From Octopus vulgaris (lineage: Eukaryota): 64,000 bases of DNA. Below the pieces are notes generated by a model. It had not been told where the DNA came from, searched no databases, and worked only from the letters and a program-made list of their open reading frames with translations. The DNA lies in the NCBI GenBank assembly GCA_951406725.2, contig OX597831.1, positions 83,266,001 through 83,330,000 on the forward strand, in the 5' to 3' direction. Below, one piece after another: positions 1 to 15,269 of the stretch; position 1 is the first letter of the stretch, and the number at the start of each line of letters is the position of its first letter. The position numbers were made by a program, and so were the translations under genes.

Positions 1-111
1 CTAAAAAGTTGGGTGATTAAATAGTGGCCAGTCTCCATGGTTTGGGTTTATGCTAAAAGAATGTATATATGTACGTAGATAAATGGTTTGCGTGTTGATA
101 CACATATCTGA

Positions 112-157
<46 letters not shown>

Positions 158-418
158 GTGTGTTCAAACATACATACACATGTGTGGTTGTGCGTGTGTG
201 TTGTAATAAGAAGATAGATGGATACATGGTGTGTGTTAATATATATGCTATGTATATACACGTGTGTGTGTGTGTGTGTGTGTGCATGGTATGTACTGAT
301 GCGTCAGGTATGTGTATATACTAAGATATGCTGTTTGTTGGTATATACAATATACGCGTATGTGTGTTAATGTTTGCTGTGCAGCTATGTGTATGTAAAT
401 GTGTGTGTTGCTTACACA

Positions 419-453
<35 letters not shown>

Positions 454-2499
454 CATGCGTGTTCAGTGCGAGCTATTACATGTGTGTATAGGTGAGTGTG
501 TAATGCAGCTGGTGCTCTGTTGCTATTTACTCTGCATCTCTGCATACACGTGCACACTGCAGTAGACAGTTGTTACATCATTATTCCACATTGAATATTG
601 TTGTCACCGCCACAACACAACAATATATTCGATTCATTGTAATCTATATTAATATATATGAGTTACTCATTTATAAATTATTGAAATTATTTTTATTTTT
701 ACTATTCCAACGTCCATTACGTTGAAAGTTCAATTCCCTCCGAGGTCGATTTTTTTCCTTTCATTCTCCCCGGGTTGATAAATATAAAGTGGTAGTCACT
801 ATATAATTGCCCATATCTCTATATCTGAGTCCATATGCCTAGGTGGGAAATTGTTATAATTTTAATATTTATATTACATGAAAATAAGTCAACTGAAGTG
901 AAACATTTCGTTTCTATTATTGTAATGGTTAGGGTTAGGTGGAGGAGTCGCTCTAATTAATTGCCTTAAATCATTGATATATGTTTAGCAATAATTGATT
1001 ATTAAATTAGTTTGGGTTATGATAAATAGAGGCTGTCAGTCGTCACCACAAGATTGTAGGAAGCTATTTACCGGCCTGGCAAGGAATAACAGAACAATTC
1101 AGTTGTTTAGCCACAGGTCAGCTACTGGCGGATTTTAGATCGAACAATGCATTCCAGTCATGACCACCTCGTTTATAGTCAAGACAATGTATTTAAGACT
1201 GGTATCTAACATGTTCTTTTTTTAAAAAATACGTTGGAGTATATAGTTTAAAGAAAATCTGGCTGCTACTTCTAGCAAATAGAGTGACCACGAAAAGACT
1301 CAAACATTGCAGTAACAACGGAGACCAGAAGACAATTTCATAGATACACAGACAGACACACACACAAGCTGTAATAGTTTTAATAATAATAATAATAATC
1401 CGATGTAACGAGAAGGCTTGAGAAAGAAAAAACGGGAAAAAGGTATTTGGCCAGTGGAGGAAATAAATGCAAGAACCGCCCCTGGACATAGAAGTTGGTT
1501 TCTAGATTTGAATAAAACTGGGATCAAAGGGTCCAGGTTCTTTAAGAGGGTCGGGTATGAAATGAGGGAGCTTTGGCTGTTGTTTAGCGTAGTGTCGAAG
1601 AGCAGGGAAGAATGAGGGGTGAGGTTTATTTCCTAGAATACTAAATACGGACAGAATTGCAACTGATACAGACACAAACAAACGAAAATAATTTACTTTA
1701 ACGCAAAATACATTCATGCATAAATAAATAGAGACGCAGGGAGCGGTGTGTATATCTATATACACACATATATCTATATACATATATATATATGTATGTA
1801 TATATATATATATGTATACATATGTATATGTATGTATATATATGTATACATGTGTATATGTATGTATATACATGCAGGTGCGATGTGTGTGGCCTGTCTC
1901 GGACCGGTTGCTTTAATTCTTTGGTAAAAAAAAGAACAAAACAAAGAAAGAAAGATTTTCCCTCTTCATTCCCAAAACATGAATCACGAAGCATAAAAAT
2001 CCCTTTTGATTATCAATTTTCATTTGAGGAAATGATCAACATTGCCCGATTAGTTGTGACTATCGTGCAATGGTACCCGTGAATATCTAAAATGTATAAC
2101 AAAAGACAGAGAGAGACAAACATGTGTATATTATAAGGAATTATGTTAGAATTGCTTTGCTGGCAGATCTTTCGAGGCGCTTATTTCAAGTGTGGGTGTT
2201 GTAAAATCGAGGTGTTAAGTGATATATATATATATGTATATACATACTAGATAGTCCTCCTCATAGCTGTTCACAGTAATATCCAGTTGTAATGTAGTCC
2301 TAGAGAGCTGGAAGAGTTTTTAGCGAGAAGACTAAGAGTAAAATAGCAGAGAGAAGACTATTATGTAGGAAGAAGGCGGATCGTCCTCTCGACTGGTTTT
2401 CTTGCCTTCCCCACCACGACCACCACCACCGCCGCCGACGACGACTTGAAAATCCATATAGAGACAACTTTAACGCCAATACACACACACACACACACA

Positions 2500-2660
2500 C
2501 AAACACATGCTCACACGCACAAGCACATACGCACGCACACACACACAAACACATGCTCACACGCACACACAAACACAAGCACATGCTCACACGCACAAGC
2601 ACATGCTCACACACATACGCACGCACACACACACACACAAGCACATGCTCATACGCACAT
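2500..2660. repeat. CA-derived minisatellite (ACATGCTCACACGCACAAGC-like units)
   Basis: ACATGCTCA recurs five times within CA-rich sequence. Confidence 0.85.
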
Positions 2661-2947
2661 ACGCACACGCACATAGGTATACATACGAAGCACACACGCG
2701 GACACACACACACACACACACACACACAAGTATATTTACATAGACGTTATATAAATAGATATACATGTATAGACAAGAGACATAGATTTATGCATATAAA
2801 CATGCAATATAGACATGACTACGCACGTATATGTGTGTGTGTGTATATATAAACATTTAGGGTGAATATTGTTACAAATACGCATGTATTTACTTTGGCA
2901 AGCAGTTACGCGCACAAATACACGCACGCACGCACGCACGCACACAT

Positions 2948-2985
<38 letters not shown>

Positions 2986-3148
2986 ACATACCCACCCGTT
3001 TCCTTCAGAAGACTTATTTACTTCAAAAAGCCCGATAACAAAATGTCCTTAATAACTTCTTTACTATCCTAACGTCGGTGAAGATATTAATTATTAATTA
3101 TGTGGAATCATAATTACACATGTAAATTACTAGTGTCCATTCGTATAT

Positions 3149-3181
<33 letters not shown>

Positions 3182-3303
3182 TACATACACACGTACATAC
3201 ACGTATGCATGCATACATACACACAGGCGCCCGCCCGACTGTGTGTATATTAGCAATATATATCTGCAATACTCACACACGCACACACAATATGCATATA
3301 TAC

Positions 3304-3334
<31 letters not shown>

Positions 3335-3335
3335 C

Positions 3336-3377
<42 letters not shown>

Positions 3378-3633
3378 TTAGGAAGTAATATATCTTGAGG
3401 GGTAAGCTGCTTTTTTTTGCGGGGTGTCCCTTGTTTGCTCCCCACTGTCGCCCAAATCGGTCAATAACCGCACCACCACCACCACCACCACCACCGCCAC
3501 CACCTTGCTCTGGACTCGCACATCTCACTCCCGACTTCCTTCTTACTTTCTCTCATTCCCTCCAACAATCTGTATTTCTCCTTTTTTTCTTTCACTCTAT
3601 CTACCTACCTATTAAGCAATTTACTCGTCTCAT

Positions 3634-3669
<36 letters not shown>

Positions 3670-3777
3670 CATTTACATATTCACATACATATATGCATGA
3701 ATACATATATACGTGTGTGTATTAGCATTTCAGTTATTCATGACTTTCCCACCCAATATCTATCCATCCATCCATCC

Positions 3778-3852
<75 letters not shown>

Positions 3853-3882
3853 CATCCATCCATCTATGTATCTATCTATCTA

Positions 3883-3914
<32 letters not shown>

Positions 3915-4397
3915 TCTGTCTGTCTGTCTATCTATCTTCCTTTCTTTCCTTTTTCCTTACTCTTTTTCTCTCTCCACTACTCTAACTCTTTCTCTCTATC
4001 TCGCCCTCTCTTTATCCAAAACAATCTACACAACTTGTTACTATTACACGCGAACTTCTTTCTATTTTACTCAAATTATTATTATTATTATTTTATCCGG
4101 AAACGAACTAATTTTGCACCAATTCTTCGGGTTTTTTTGGGGTTTTTTTTCACTCTTTGTCGTCATTGTTGTTGCTATTATTGTTAGCGGCAGCAGCTGT
4201 GATTCTTGTTGTTGTTGTCGATTATTAAGTTTCTGTGCCTGAGATCCCAGCGACGAAGCTCGGCAATATAATTACAATCGCGGTGTCAGCCAGGTAATAT
4301 TGCTGCTACTGCTGCTCACTCACATAGACACAATTATCTCTCAACGCAGATCAAAGGTTTGCAGCCTCTCACTCTTCTTCTCTTTCTCGGCATGCAT

Positions 4398-4457
<60 letters not shown>

Positions 4458-4506
4458 ACATACATACAACATACATACATACATACATACATACATACAT
4501 ACATAC

Positions 4507-4541
<35 letters not shown>

Positions 4542-4719
4542 ACGCACACCCACAACACACCCATACACACACACGTATGCATGCATACTTACAGAGACTG
4601 ACAGGCAAACAGAGGGAGTACCACTCAATGTTGTACACACTTTGCATTACATAAACTGATATTTACATCGATATATTTTAATTCCCATTTTGAGAATATA
4701 TCTTCATACATACATGGCT

Positions 4720-4756
<37 letters not shown>

Positions 4757-5349
4757 TACATATATATATAGAGAGAGAGAGAGAAGAAATTTCGATGTGT
4801 GTGTGTGAGAGACAGGCCTTGATTTCTATGATCGCCTCAAAAAGCTCAAATTCACTTCCTTCTAACGTTGCTGTGAGCGCAACATTATTTATGCAATGTG
4901 GAATACATTCCCTCAACATTTTAAAAACCATACTTGTATCAAATTCCTAAATCTCCCCCGGGCTCGGTTTTTCTGTCATATGTGTCCAACAGAAATCGAA
5001 CTCACATCACATTGTCGTTAAACTTTTCACTGATCCCGACATAATCAAACTAGAGAAAGATCCTGTAATATTGAACATTACTCGACAGATCCCCACCATG
5101 AAAAACGAGACAAACCACGGACACTGATATATTTCGAGTGGGAATCCCAGAATACGACTTAAATTAGTTGCGGCCCAGGCCAATACCAGCTGAAATCTGT
5201 GGAATTTAAATTGCTATAAAATTATCTACATTAGAGTACCTTTCTGACGGGAAGCTCTTATCATTTAGGAGAATGTCTTTTCCGAATAATAACAAAGTGG
5301 GTACGAGGACAGAAAAGGAAGCTTCCCTTCAGAACAGTCCCTTAACTTT

Positions 5350-5394
<45 letters not shown>

Positions 5395-5599
5395 ACACAC
5401 ATACATGTGTGTTTATTTAAACATACACGCGTGCGAAAATTAGGTGTATCTTTCTCCAAGTTGTGCCATGTATGTAATTACTCGTAGCTGTAAAAAGGTG
5501 GAGGTAGGTGGCAATAACTATTGGACTTACTACCAAACAGATAGACAAAGGTAGAGTGACTGGGTACTGATTTACTGACGCCTGTGTAAGGAGGCTACG

Positions 5600-6400
5600 C
5601 TCTGATAGCTGTGAGTGTGTGAATAGAAAGGACAGCGGAGAAGAGTCCTGTTTTGTGTGATTGAAAGGGGGAAGAGAGAGAAGAAGGTAGGAAGGAATAA
5701 TCCTCAGACCCGTCCCTAATATTTGCAACAGGAGGGACCCTACTAAAAGCAATCACACTGGTGGTGTTAGGCGACCACCTAGTCTTCTGCTTCAAGTGAC
5801 CAGCAGATCTTTAAAAGACAACCGGAAACCAAAAGACTCGTCTCCCCTCGACTTCCGTCTCCCCTCTACTTCTGTCTCCTCGGCGGATATCATCTTTCCT
5901 AACGATGCCTTCAGCTCTTAAATTCGTTTTTTGATCGCTGCACCATAGTTGAACACGATATTCCTTTTCCCTGTCTCTTTGAACATTAAATTACTTCTCT
6001 TTGATAATTTCTACGAACGTTGAAGCGAAATAGCTTTGCTTAGATGGGTCCCTATTTACATTAATTTGTTTGTAGGGCACACAGAGATCCAAACTTGCAT
6101 TCCCCCCCCCCACACACACACACTCAGCTATAGAACTACTATCCTAATGATTATATCGGTGCAAATGCATTCACCAGAGAGCAATTTTCTCTTTTCATCT
6201 CCTTTTATTTATGCCATATTTGAATTCACTCTATCTTCTATTTTCAATATTTCCATCACTCTCAACCATCAATCCATCAATCTCCATCAGTAGCTATCAA
6301 TTCCATAGACAATTTCTATCAGCATCATTTAACTTTGCTCGTTATAAACCAGCAAACTCTCAACTTTGCTCCTCAAATCCTAAACTAAATCTACAATTCC
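5600..6400 (+). mobile_element. Degraded Penelope-like RT remnant
   Basis: MGP/YINLFVG resembles the PLE MG..APSYANLF motif; otherwise eroded. Confidence 0.4.
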
Positions 6401-7409
6401 TTTCAGGCAATCTCTCCTCCTTACTTTCCACTTCATGGCGATCCAACTCTCAACAGGTCAATTAATAACTGTTGCCGTAAACACAGACGACCATTGCTAG
6501 TTTCTCCAGACGACGTATTTCACCACTCTTCGGCGGTACCATTACCGTTGGACTCTTTGCTTTACATTTAGTTTTACATTTCTACCGTTTCTGAATCCAG
6601 CCCAACCATATTGTTTCAAACTCAGCTTCTTTCTTTCTTTCGTTTTTTTCTTTTTCTTTTTCTTCTTCGTCTCAGCATCAAAGACATTCCTTTATCTGAA
6701 ACATTTGTTGATCTTTTAGTGATGTTCGATTCAAAAAAGCCGTCAGCAACGACCTAACAAAGGCACCTGAAACGATGCCATTTACCAGAAATAATAACAG
6801 AATCTCTTATTGCATCTTACTACCTTAACAAGGAAAGGCACATTGTAACACTACGAGTCTTGGATGAACATTTAAATGAAATGGTCAACGATTACTGGAA
6901 TGACTTTGATCATCGATCTGCTCATTCAGAGAAGGCATGCAGTTACAAACGTCATCAAATTATTGAAAGTTCTCGATGTGTCATGGTTCTGTATTCCAAA
7001 AACTGTGATGAAAAGAAGAGATCCTCGGACAAAACTTTAATAAACATCTCTACGGTGCTTCAAACATTTTACTTCCTTGTTGACAGAATTACTCAAAATT
7101 TTTCAAAATTACTCAGATGGAGAAAAGAAAAGGAAAGAAACAACTATGCAATACAGAAAGTGAACAGGCAAATGTGGGAGAAAGTGTAATTGAAGATGAG
7201 AGACGATGAGTGGGGACGCGGGCGAAAGGGGCAAAGAACTGGGCGAAAAATGTGAACAGGCAAGGAAAGTGAAATACATAAACAGAATACGGCCTCGGGG
7301 CCATTCAGGAGACAAAAATATGGTTAACGCCGGGAAAATATCCTAAGGGATTAATAGAGGGACAGCGAAACGTGATTAGAGAGGGGGTGACATGTGTGTG
7401 TGTGTGTGT

Positions 7410-7595
7410 TTGTTTGTTTCCCCACTACTGCTCGACAAGCGGTGTTGGTGTGATTAGGTCTCCGTTACCAAGGGGTTCGGTAAAAGAGGCCGATAGAAGA
7501 CGTACTGGGGTGGATGAGTTCGACAAAAATTCTTCAAGGCGGTGCCCCAGCATGGCCTCAGTCTAATGACCGAAACATCTAAAAGATAAAAGAAA
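7410..7595 (+). mobile_element. SINE 3' half following a (TG)n linker
   Basis: GGTGTTGGTGTG...AAGGCGGTGCCCCAGCATGGCC...GAAAC. Related minus copies at 19010-19200, 17725-17880, 25925-25970 and 61935-61990. Confidence 0.75.
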
Positions 7596-8495
7596 AAAGA
7601 CAAAGAGTGTTTATGACCAAATGAAATGCAGAATCTAAAACAGAAATGGAAGTTATTTACTAAGTATATTGAAATATATTTGTTTGATGTAATTGCTTCG
7701 GTTCAGTGTTCGCTTGTCGTCAGTTAGCCATGAATAGCAACAATTCAGGGGGGGACGAGCTTGTTATGTCTTACTGGGGAAAATATTGATGGGTCGCGTA
7801 AATATATTGGTAATAAGACATCGTACGCCTGTGCTGGGGCATCCACATGGCTGCGCGTATGTGTACTATGATTTATCATTGTTGATTTTGACAGCAGACA
7901 CAGTGTGACGATAACAATCTCGGGAATATATTATGGACTCGGATTCACCTGTTTGAAAACGCTCAACAGACTAATTTAGAAGTCCTTTTAGCATTTAAAT
8001 AATATTCAAAATGTCTTTCTTTTTTTTTTTTGGTTACAAATCGATTTTTATATATTTTAAATACTGTCGTTGCTATATTGTTATGAAGATCTAAATACAT
8101 GTAAACGTATAAACATACGTACACACACACATTGCTAAGTAAGTTTTAGAAAAGTACCGTTCACAAAGAATAAGAGAATATTATCGAATGTGCTACGAGT
8201 AACTAAAAAATCGGGAATCGTGTTTGGTTGATCGAACCTTCTCAGGGGGTCCAGAGAGTTGGCATAGGAGCAACAGACTTGCAGGACAGCTATTTTGCTA
8301 CCTCTGTAAACGAAATTTCATTTTGCACATAAAACTCGCTTTAAACATAATTGTGCTCTTGACGATGTGGTGCGGGCAAGAACCCGAAATGGAGGTGTCA
8401 TCCGTTGGACCTCGATTCAAATAAAATATATTTTAACTCTGCATTGTAATACGTATTGAGTAATGGTCATCTGGGTTATATATCGAAGAACTTCG

Positions 8496-8962
<467 letters not shown>

Positions 8963-8963
<1 letters not shown>

Positions 8964-11900
8964 GAATCTTGAAACTGAACGCATCCTTCCCGTCCAGACA
9001 GGTTTTCAGAGAGAGAATTAACACGTTAGTAAAAAGGGCTTTAACGGGAGCCATTGTCAACAACAAATGGTGGTTCGCCCTCAAGAGAGCAGTAAAAGCG
9101 GAAGCAATTAGATATAGCAAGGCACTAGCCGTAGATAGAAATAGAGTGGAGGTGAGTTAGTTAAGAATTTAGAAGAGGCAATAAGAAGCGGCATCACATC
9201 CGACGTTTTAGCGGCGAGGTTGACCCTTGACCAACACTTCAACGCCAAACACAAAGGGTGTGTTGGCAGGGCTAGGATGCGTGCTCTAAGGATGGAAGGT
9301 GTTGGAGCCGCGAGGGAGGCCCGGGTGGCGGAGGCGCAGCAGGGCAACAAAGCCACCATCTGGTAGATGGACAAGGGCGCGAATTGCTCGAGCCCAGCAA
9401 GATGTGCGAGACATTTCAGCGGCACTTTGCCCGACTGTACGGGACGAGTGGCGAGCGTGAACGCAGGGTGGACTTCAGTGCCTACCTGCACAGCCTACCA
9501 CGACTCTCGGCAAGAGAGGCACAGTGCTGCGAAGGTGCCATCACGGCGGCGGATGTGCGGGACGCGATGGCAGAATGCTCGAGAGACTAATCGCCGGGTT
9601 TGGATGGTCTGCCCTACGAGTTTTACAATTGTATGCCAGACTTGTTTGGAGACGTCTTGGCAGCGGTATACTGCAACTGGCAGCAAAACGGGAGCATACC
9701 CGGTTTTGTGAGTCGAGGAGCCGTAACGCTGCTGAAGAAAGATCCAAACAAGGGGAACATTATAGATAACTTTAGACCAATCACTCTGCTCAATGCAGAC
9801 CTGAAAATTTTGACCAAGGTGTTAGCCAAGAGGTTGGTGCTTGTCATCGAGAAACTGGTCGACAACGCACAAACGTGCGCCGTACCGGGCCGGAGCATCC
9901 ATGACAACCTCCATCTGATGCGCTACATCATAGACAGAGTAGTTAAGGAACCTGGCATGGGTGGGGCCCTGATCAATTTGGATCAATCGAAAGCCTTCGA
10001 TAGGGTAGACCATCGATACTTGGAGGCTGTCCTGAGAGCGGCTGGTTTCGGTCCCGTCTTCCGCGGCTGGATAGCTGCCTTGTACAGAGGCATCCGTTCG
10101 GTAATTCGTGTAAATGGACATCTATCGAGACCTTTCGACATTGCACGTTCGGTCCGTCAGGGATGCCCCCTCTCAGCGCTTCTATACGTATTGACTCTCG
10201 AGCCACTACTGCGGAAGCTGGCGACTCTGAGGGGCATCCCGCGATAATTAGGATGCGGGACGAGCGTGTCTGCATACGCGGACGACGTCACCGTCATAGT
10301 GTCAAGCCACGAGCACATCGAGCTGGTCGGCGAGACACTGAAAGACTACGAAGCGGTGACAGGAGTAAAAATCAACCGGGAAAAGTCAGTGGGCTTGCGG
10401 CTCGGCACCTGGAGAAGCAAGCCCATGCCGTCCACCAGTACCTCCGTCGTGGGACGCTGGACGGACGACCCGGTTGAGTTGCTCGGGGTCTGGTTCGGTC
10501 CGGACCTCCAAATGGAGAAGAACTGGAACGAGATAACGAGTAGGGTGGTCACTCTCGCCCGGCAATGGGCCGAGAGGAAACTGTCCCTAAAAGGTCGGGC
10601 GGAGGTGACGAACACGTACATCGCGTTCATCATCTACTACCGCCTGACCGTCGTACCTTGCCCCGACCCTACCATCACCAAACTAGAACGCATTCTCTTC
10701 CGCTTCTTGTGGAAAGGATGCGTCCCGATGGTCAGGCGATCCATTTGCTGTCAACACCCGTTAAAAGGAGGGCTGGGCATGCCGTGGTTGATGATGCGCA
10801 GACACGCGCTGAGACTGCGACATCTCTGGCTCTATGTAGACGACGGTGAACAGGTGTGGTCGCCGTTTGTGAGGCACGCTTTCCCGCAGCTCGTCTCCAT
10901 GACCGAACTGCAGTCGTGGATCAAAAAGAGGCCGAGGAAGGGCGAATGGCACCGCGAGTGTCGCGTTGCTCTCAAGCAACTCTGCCGTCTCGTGTCGACC
11001 TTGAGTGACTTCAACACAACCAAAGCATTCTATAGGGGATTAGTGGAGGGGAGGTACGACGACGATCTTGGGGCAAACCTGGGCGTCGACGAGGAATACC
11101 TGACCCGCCTGTTTGAAAAGACTTTCGGGCCGGGACCTATGGACAACTTCCAGAGATCCCTGGCCTGGCGGTGTCACCGAGAAGCGCTACCCGTTCGGGA
11201 TAAGCTCTATAGGCATGGCTCGAAAAACACGGGGCCGAATGCCCGAGATGCGGTCAGAGCGACGAAACCGCTCTGCACGCAGTCGTGCAGTGTCCAACAA
11301 TCTCCGACCTGTGGGTTTATGTCGAACAACTGCTGTCACGTATCGGACGTGTCGGTTTATCAGCCGAGTCTATCGTTAATATCGTCACGCCTCCTTCCTT
11401 CAAACGGGAAGGAAGAGCTATTTTTATCATACCTGTGGCTATGGCGAAAGAATGTATCTGGTGGACGCGCCTGAAAGGATTAGAGACAAACACTTTCCTC
11501 TCTGGTCAATCTCTCATCAACTTCTTCAAGTATCACTTGAAGAGGAAAGTGAGAGTAGAGAGGCAAGTTTTGTCTAGTGAATGTTTTAAAAAAAGATGGG
11601 TGAATGTAGCAAGGATGGCACGTATGAATGACGAAGCCACCTTGACTATGATCCTATGAACCGTAAAAATTAATGCAGAGAGTTGCTTATTTGTAAAAAA
11701 AAAGAAAGAAATATAACATGTGACTTCATTGACCGAGGTTGCCGTGGTCTTTTCCGTAGGCTTTTCTTTCCACGGGTAAACCTCACCTGTCCTCCCTTTT
11801 ACACTTCATATTGACATTTCTGTGATAACGATCCCTATTGATCAATTTTTTTCCTTTCCTTTTTTTTAATTTTATCCCCCCCCCCCTTTTTTTATTTTGT

Positions 11901-12026
11901 CCTCTTTCTTTCCTTTTACGATCCCTTTTGATCGAAAACCAAACCCCCTTTTTTACCCCCAAAAGAAAAGCTCTACCTTGTAATTTGTCCTGTTTGTGTG
12001 CAGCCCTGTGTGGCTAATAAAGAAAC
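8963..12026 (+). mobile_element. 5'-truncated Tx1/L1-type non-LTR retrotransposon (ORF2 from just after the endonuclease to the 3' end), disrupted
   Basis: Starts at a KLNAS linker motif. RT motifs NFRPITLLNADLKI, DQSKAFDRVDH, RQGCPLS, YADD and GGLG are spread over ORFs 9600-10247, 10266-11474 and 11285-11659, with stops/frameshifts. The 3' UTR ends AGCCCTGTGTGGCTAATAAAGAAAC. (TATC)n lies on both sides. Confidence 0.93.
9600..11659 (+). pseudogene. Reverse transcriptase ORF2 remnant of the Tx1/L1-type element
   Basis: Canonical non-LTR RT motifs; stop at 10245-10247; frameshift in the C-terminal Cys/His region near 11235. Confidence 0.9.
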
Positions 12027-12052
12027 ATATCTATCTATCTATCAATCAATCA

Positions 12053-12117
<65 letters not shown>

Positions 12118-12499
12118 CCTATAAATGTGTGCGCGTGCGTTCATGTCTCGTCAAACATCAAGACTGCAGCTTGACCTGAAATCATTAGTTAAAACTAGAA
12201 AAGCGACGTTACCCATTAAAACCACTCAAACACTGTTTATATTTACTGTTGATCGATTTTTGCGATAGACAGATGCTGTTACTCCAGGTCAATGTAGAAC
12301 TGGGGACAATAACAGCTAAGAGATGTTTCCACACTCCTTAAAACTGTGGAGCTCTAGAATAAGCGTCCCACTACAGCTAAAGCCATACCCAGGACTCTAC
12401 GAAGGTCCTGGGTATGGATTAAATAGCATGTAACCACCCAAGCCGGGGTATTTGAAATCGTGGGATGCAGTATGATTGATATGAACTATTTCGACTGAC

Positions 12500-12805
12500 A
12501 GGTGAACATATTGAATCAATGGCGATCATCATTAGATGCTGAGCGGATGAAGAGACAACAAACAGTCAACAGCCAGGATCAACCAGTTCAGTTGGCGAAT
12601 TATTGCTATCATCTGTAGCCGTGGTGTGTGCACAGTTGCGATATTTCAGCCACCGAAAGACTAATATGATTAAAACCCAGGTCTGACATTTATGCCGCAT
12701 CGCTCGATCGGGATGTCTGGCATGACCTCATCATTTGATCAGGACGTCTGACGTGGAAGAGTTACATTGGTCTGACGAGTCGTAAAACCTGGATGGATGG
12801 ATGAT
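12500..12805 (+). mobile_element. Degraded LINE 3' end (possibly RTE) with (GGAT)n tail
   Basis: LDRDVW-like codons and a short tandem tail; weak. Confidence 0.35.
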
Positions 12806-12893
12806 GTGACAATATTGTATACTGTAACAAGTGGTCACTTATCATTTCTACTTGGTCACTGTAAACTGTTTAATGATATTTAGATTCATCTCT

Positions 12894-13085
12894 AAGGCGG
12901 AGAGCTGATAGAATCGTTAGCCCACCGAGCAAAATGCTAAGCGACATTTCGTTCTGAGTTCGAATTCCGCCGAAGTCGACTTTGCATTTTATTCTTTCGG
13001 TTGGTACCAGTCGAACACTGAGGTCGATGTGGTCGATTTACCCATTTCCCCGAAATTGCTAGCCTAGCGCCAAAATGGGAAATCA
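12894..13085 (+). mobile_element. tRNA-derived SINE family A
   Basis: AAGGCGG head, GTTCGAATTCC B-box, GTCGACTTTGC body. Confidence 0.85.
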
Positions 13086-13359
13086 ATATTTAAATTCAAC
13101 TCTGAATGTTCTGAAATCCACCACAGTTCATTCAGTAGTCCTTCATACTGACATATCCTGTAACCTTCAACAGACCGTTGTGTCACCAGCAATAAATAGC
13201 AATTGACACAAGTCCAGGGGCACCCAGCCCTTTCCAAGATGCTGATTATGGTCTAGAGTCGTTGCTACAGCTTAGAAGTGAACCTGACTCGCCACCTTTA
13301 CCATTCTACAACAATCAGTTATCCGTGAAGCAGTCAAAAACGTTGTTGTTGTTTTTTAA

Positions 13360-13740
13360 CCCCAGGTAAGCTCTGATCGACTAGACCTATGATCAAAGAC
13401 CTTCCAGTCGTAACTATCCTGTCTTTTATTCAATGTTCTGCCTTGCAAAGTGACAGGGTACGATTTAAGCGAAATTTAACTGCATTTTTTTTTAGCAGAT
13501 CGAGCACTACATTGAGAATATTACCAGTAATACGCAACTGCTGATTTGATCATTTGTAAAGTAAAAATAAAGCATGGTTGCTCGACCTGCTAGGAATACT
13601 AACCAAATGACCCTCAAATCCTACTCTAACGTTTTAGATCCAGACAATACTTAAAAGGCGGCATGGTCATGGATGGAATACTTTTATTCGAAGTTCTTCT
13701 ATTCTATTTCTACACAGCCATAACATAAGACTGGATCAAC
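13360..13740. repeat. Old interspersed repeat family, two copies in opposite orientation
   Basis: Motifs TGATCAAAGAC(A/C)TTCCAG and GATTT..CTGCTATTTCTAGC recur at about 1100-1300, 14090-14280, 20290-20400, 38000-38050, 43700-43850, 52340-52500 and 58230-58360. Confidence 0.65.
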
Positions 13741-13833
13741 TGTTATTTTTGATCCCAATATATCGATTGATTGATGCTTAATGACATCTATCTGTCCGTC
13801 TGAACTTTTCGCTATTATTACTGATCGCTCCTT

Positions 13834-14078
13834 AAGGCGGTGAACTGGTAGAATAGTTAACATGCCGGACAAAATGCTTAACGGTATTTCGTCCGTCTTA
13901 ACGTTCTGAGATCGAATTCTGCAGAGGTCGATTTTGCCTTTCGGAGTCGATGAAATAAGAACCGTTCAAGTACTGGGACCGATGTAATCGACTTAACCCC
14001 TCCCCACAAATTTCGATGTAATCGACTGGCTCCCTCCTCCAAAATTTCAGGCGTTGTGCCTATATCAGAAAGGGCTAT
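13834..14078 (+). mobile_element. tRNA-derived SINE family A with small internal duplication
   Basis: Same head and body; CGATGTAATCGACT occurs twice; tail AATTTCAGGCGTTGTGCC. Confidence 0.85.
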
Positions 14079-14829
14079 AATACTGAGCGCTCACACTGCT
14101 AGAAATAGCAACTAAATATTCTTTATTCCTCATATTATACCTAAATCTCTTTAAAAATATGAGAGGAAACATAGGATTAGACTGCAGACAAGATAAGTTG
14201 GTTGTTGATCATAGCTGGAAAGTTTTTTTTTTTATCGAAGATTTACTCGTTGAGGGCCAACACGGAGCTAAAATAACAACAACTGGTCAAGGGAACAAAT
14301 TGCAAGTAAATGGACATTGAAAGAGCTGCGAATCATGTCAATGTGGTACGGCGATTGCTCCCACTGGACGGCACGTTCGGTAAGTGTCTGCTGTTACACC
14401 ACGGTTTTGACCATTATCTTGTAAGAGAAATTTGGTACACGGAAGCTGAATGGAAGCCCTCGTATGTAATAACATTTACTGGGTTTCACACCTCAATTCT
14501 CAAAACAATTTGATTGAAGAATTGGTAAAATCTGACAGAAGGTGGCTCGTAGATTCCGGTTTTATGACGGGCATTTATTGCATTGAATACCAGTAATATA
14601 CTTAAATCTATTATCGCTGGAAACGAAGAAGAGTAAGGCATGAGGAGAGAGAAACAGAGAAACAGATAGAAAGAAGCGTTTGTAGGAAGGTGTCGACTGG
14701 ACATCAGGTATGAGGATTGAAATGGCTTAATAACGTTCAGGCTAAACAATTATCAAGGGACAGTAGTTCGCACTTGGACACTACAACACACACAAACACG
14801 CAACACACACTCACACACACACACACACA

Positions 14830-14886
<57 letters not shown>

Positions 14887-15269
14887 TACAACACATACAC
14901 ACATGGTTGCATGGTTACCATCTCTGTCGTCCCAGAAAAGGAGAAATTCCACTGAGTGCATGTGTGTGTGATCGTGTGTGTGTGTGTGTGTGTGTGAGTG
15001 CATGTGTGTGTGTATGAGTGTGTGTGTATGAGTGTGTGTGTTTGTGTGTGCGTGCGTTTGTGTATGTGTGTGATTGTGCGCATTTGTGTGTGTGTGTTAA
15101 AAATAATGTTTAAAAATCTCAACTTACAATGTTTCCAGTTGTCTGTAAGAGATATAATTACAACACACTGGCAACAAATCTATTCACACACACACACACA
15201 CACACAGAAGGCCAGGGGCTATTGCAATCACAGAGTCAGAGTCGATGCATGACCTAGGAAAGATGGAGC

